From Treponemataceae bacterium (GTDB lineage: Bacteria > Spirochaetota > Spirochaetia > Treponematales > Treponemataceae): DNA of 64,000 nucleotides. The position numbers and the translations under genes are program-made. Of this stretch, positions 63,498 through 64,000 are shown piece by piece. The stretch covers positions 19,317-83,316 of the forward strand of contig JAZRVF010000002.1 of NCBI GenBank assembly GCA_045599005.1. The letters are read 5' to 3'. The stretch's first letter is position 1. Each line of letters opens with the position of its first letter. The notes below the pieces were generated by a model that made no database searches, was not told where the DNA came from, and saw nothing but the letters and a program-made list of their open reading frames with translations.

Positions 63498-64000
63498 GTG
63501 AAAAAATATGATTATATTGTTGTAGGGGCAGGACTGTATGGTGCAACTTTTGCACGACTTGCTGCTGATAAGGGATTAAAATGCCTCGTTCTTGATCGAC
63601 GGACTCATATTGCTGGAAATGTTTATACCGAACCTGTTGAAGCAGTTCCAAAAGGGGGAGAAATAAATGTTCATAAGTATGGAGCACATATTTTTCATAC
63701 AAATAACGAAGAAGTTTGGAGATTTGTGAATAAATATGCTAAATTTAATCGCTTTACTAATTCTCCTGTAGCTAGATATAAGGATGAGCTTTATTCTTTG
63801 CCGTTTAGTATGTGGACTTTCACAACGATGTGGCCGAATGTAAGAACTCCCGAACAGGCTGCAAAAAAAATTGCTGAACAAAAATCTGATGTTGAAAGAT
63901 TATTAAGGGAAAAGGGACAGGTTGATACAGAGGGAAATGTATTTGCAAAAAACTTAGAAGAGCAAGCTTTGTTATTAGTGGGAAGAGATATATATGAAAA
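63498..64000 (+). CDS. glf: UDP-galactopyranose mutase (partial, runs off right edge)
   Basis: Hand-translated from GTG 63498: KKYDYIVVGAGLYGATFARLAADKGLKCLVLDRRTHIAGNVYTE…VHKYGAHIFHTNNEEVWRFVNKYAKFNRFTNSPVARYKDELYSLPFSMWTF…NLEEQALLLVGRDIYE. Not in the ORF track because no stop lies in the window. Confidence 0.85.
   Translation, partial: MKKYDYIVVGAGLYGATFARLAADKGLKCLVLDRRTHIAGNVYTEPVEAVPKGGEINVHKYGAHIFHTNNEEVWRFVNKYAKFNRFTNSPVARYKDELYSLPFSMWTFTTMWPNVRTPEQAAKKIAEQKSDVERLLREKGQVDTEGNVFAKNLEEQALLLVGRDIYE

Noticed and set aside
1-64000. CRISPR arrays, rRNA genes, IS elements with terminal inverted repeats, integrase genes
   Set aside because: No regularly spaced repeat-spacer structure, rRNA-like sequence, or recognisable transposase/integrase was seen on either strand. 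The one exception is the Rpn-family PD-(D/E)XK gene.

Overview
64-kb chromosomal segment with about 60 protein genes, one tRNA-Leu(CAG), and no rRNA or CRISPR array. Gene content points to a Treponema-like spirochaete: an Rpn/TIGR01784-type PD-(D/E)XK paralog with an EGR-repeat tail, an MCP, HU, and many acidic low-complexity proteins. That taxonomic call is inference only. Bases 1-51,100 sample at about 45-55% GC and look like core genome. This part holds: a >1,111-aa acidic protein running off the left edge; cell-division and housekeeping genes (FtsB-like, tsaC, lepB, hemW, hup, gap); a CPA2 antiporter with CBS domains; a Cache-MCP; a five-gene MacB/Lol-like ABC + LolA-like + putative OMP envelope operon carrying unusual Asp/Phe-rich tracts; a csoR-copA copper module with a clear operator; a small decayed patch (truncated PIN toxin, possible EAL remnant); a pectin/rhamnogalacturonan-oligosaccharide utilisation locus (ABC importer, GH105, CE8, MATE); and an ABC importer operon that ends in an FMN-dependent dehydrogenase and a Fur-family regulator. 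From about 51.3 kb the window becomes accessory. It starts with an Rpn-family nuclease gene whose C-terminal module is tandemly duplicated out of frame. Then comes an AT-rich block holding an overlapping ABC/SMC-like ATPase + TOPRIM-like (DUF4276-type) gene pair, followed by a COG1373-type AAA_14/DUF4143 ATPase. Last is a very AT-rich glycan cluster (sampled about 20-35% GC): Wzy, DUF4422, GT2, LicD, GNAT, class-V aminotransferase, cytidylyltransferase and Glf. The ATPase/TOPRIM-like pair at 52,639-54,719 is my best candidate for an uncharacterised defence-type system. All family assignments come from motif recognition by eye; no searches were run.
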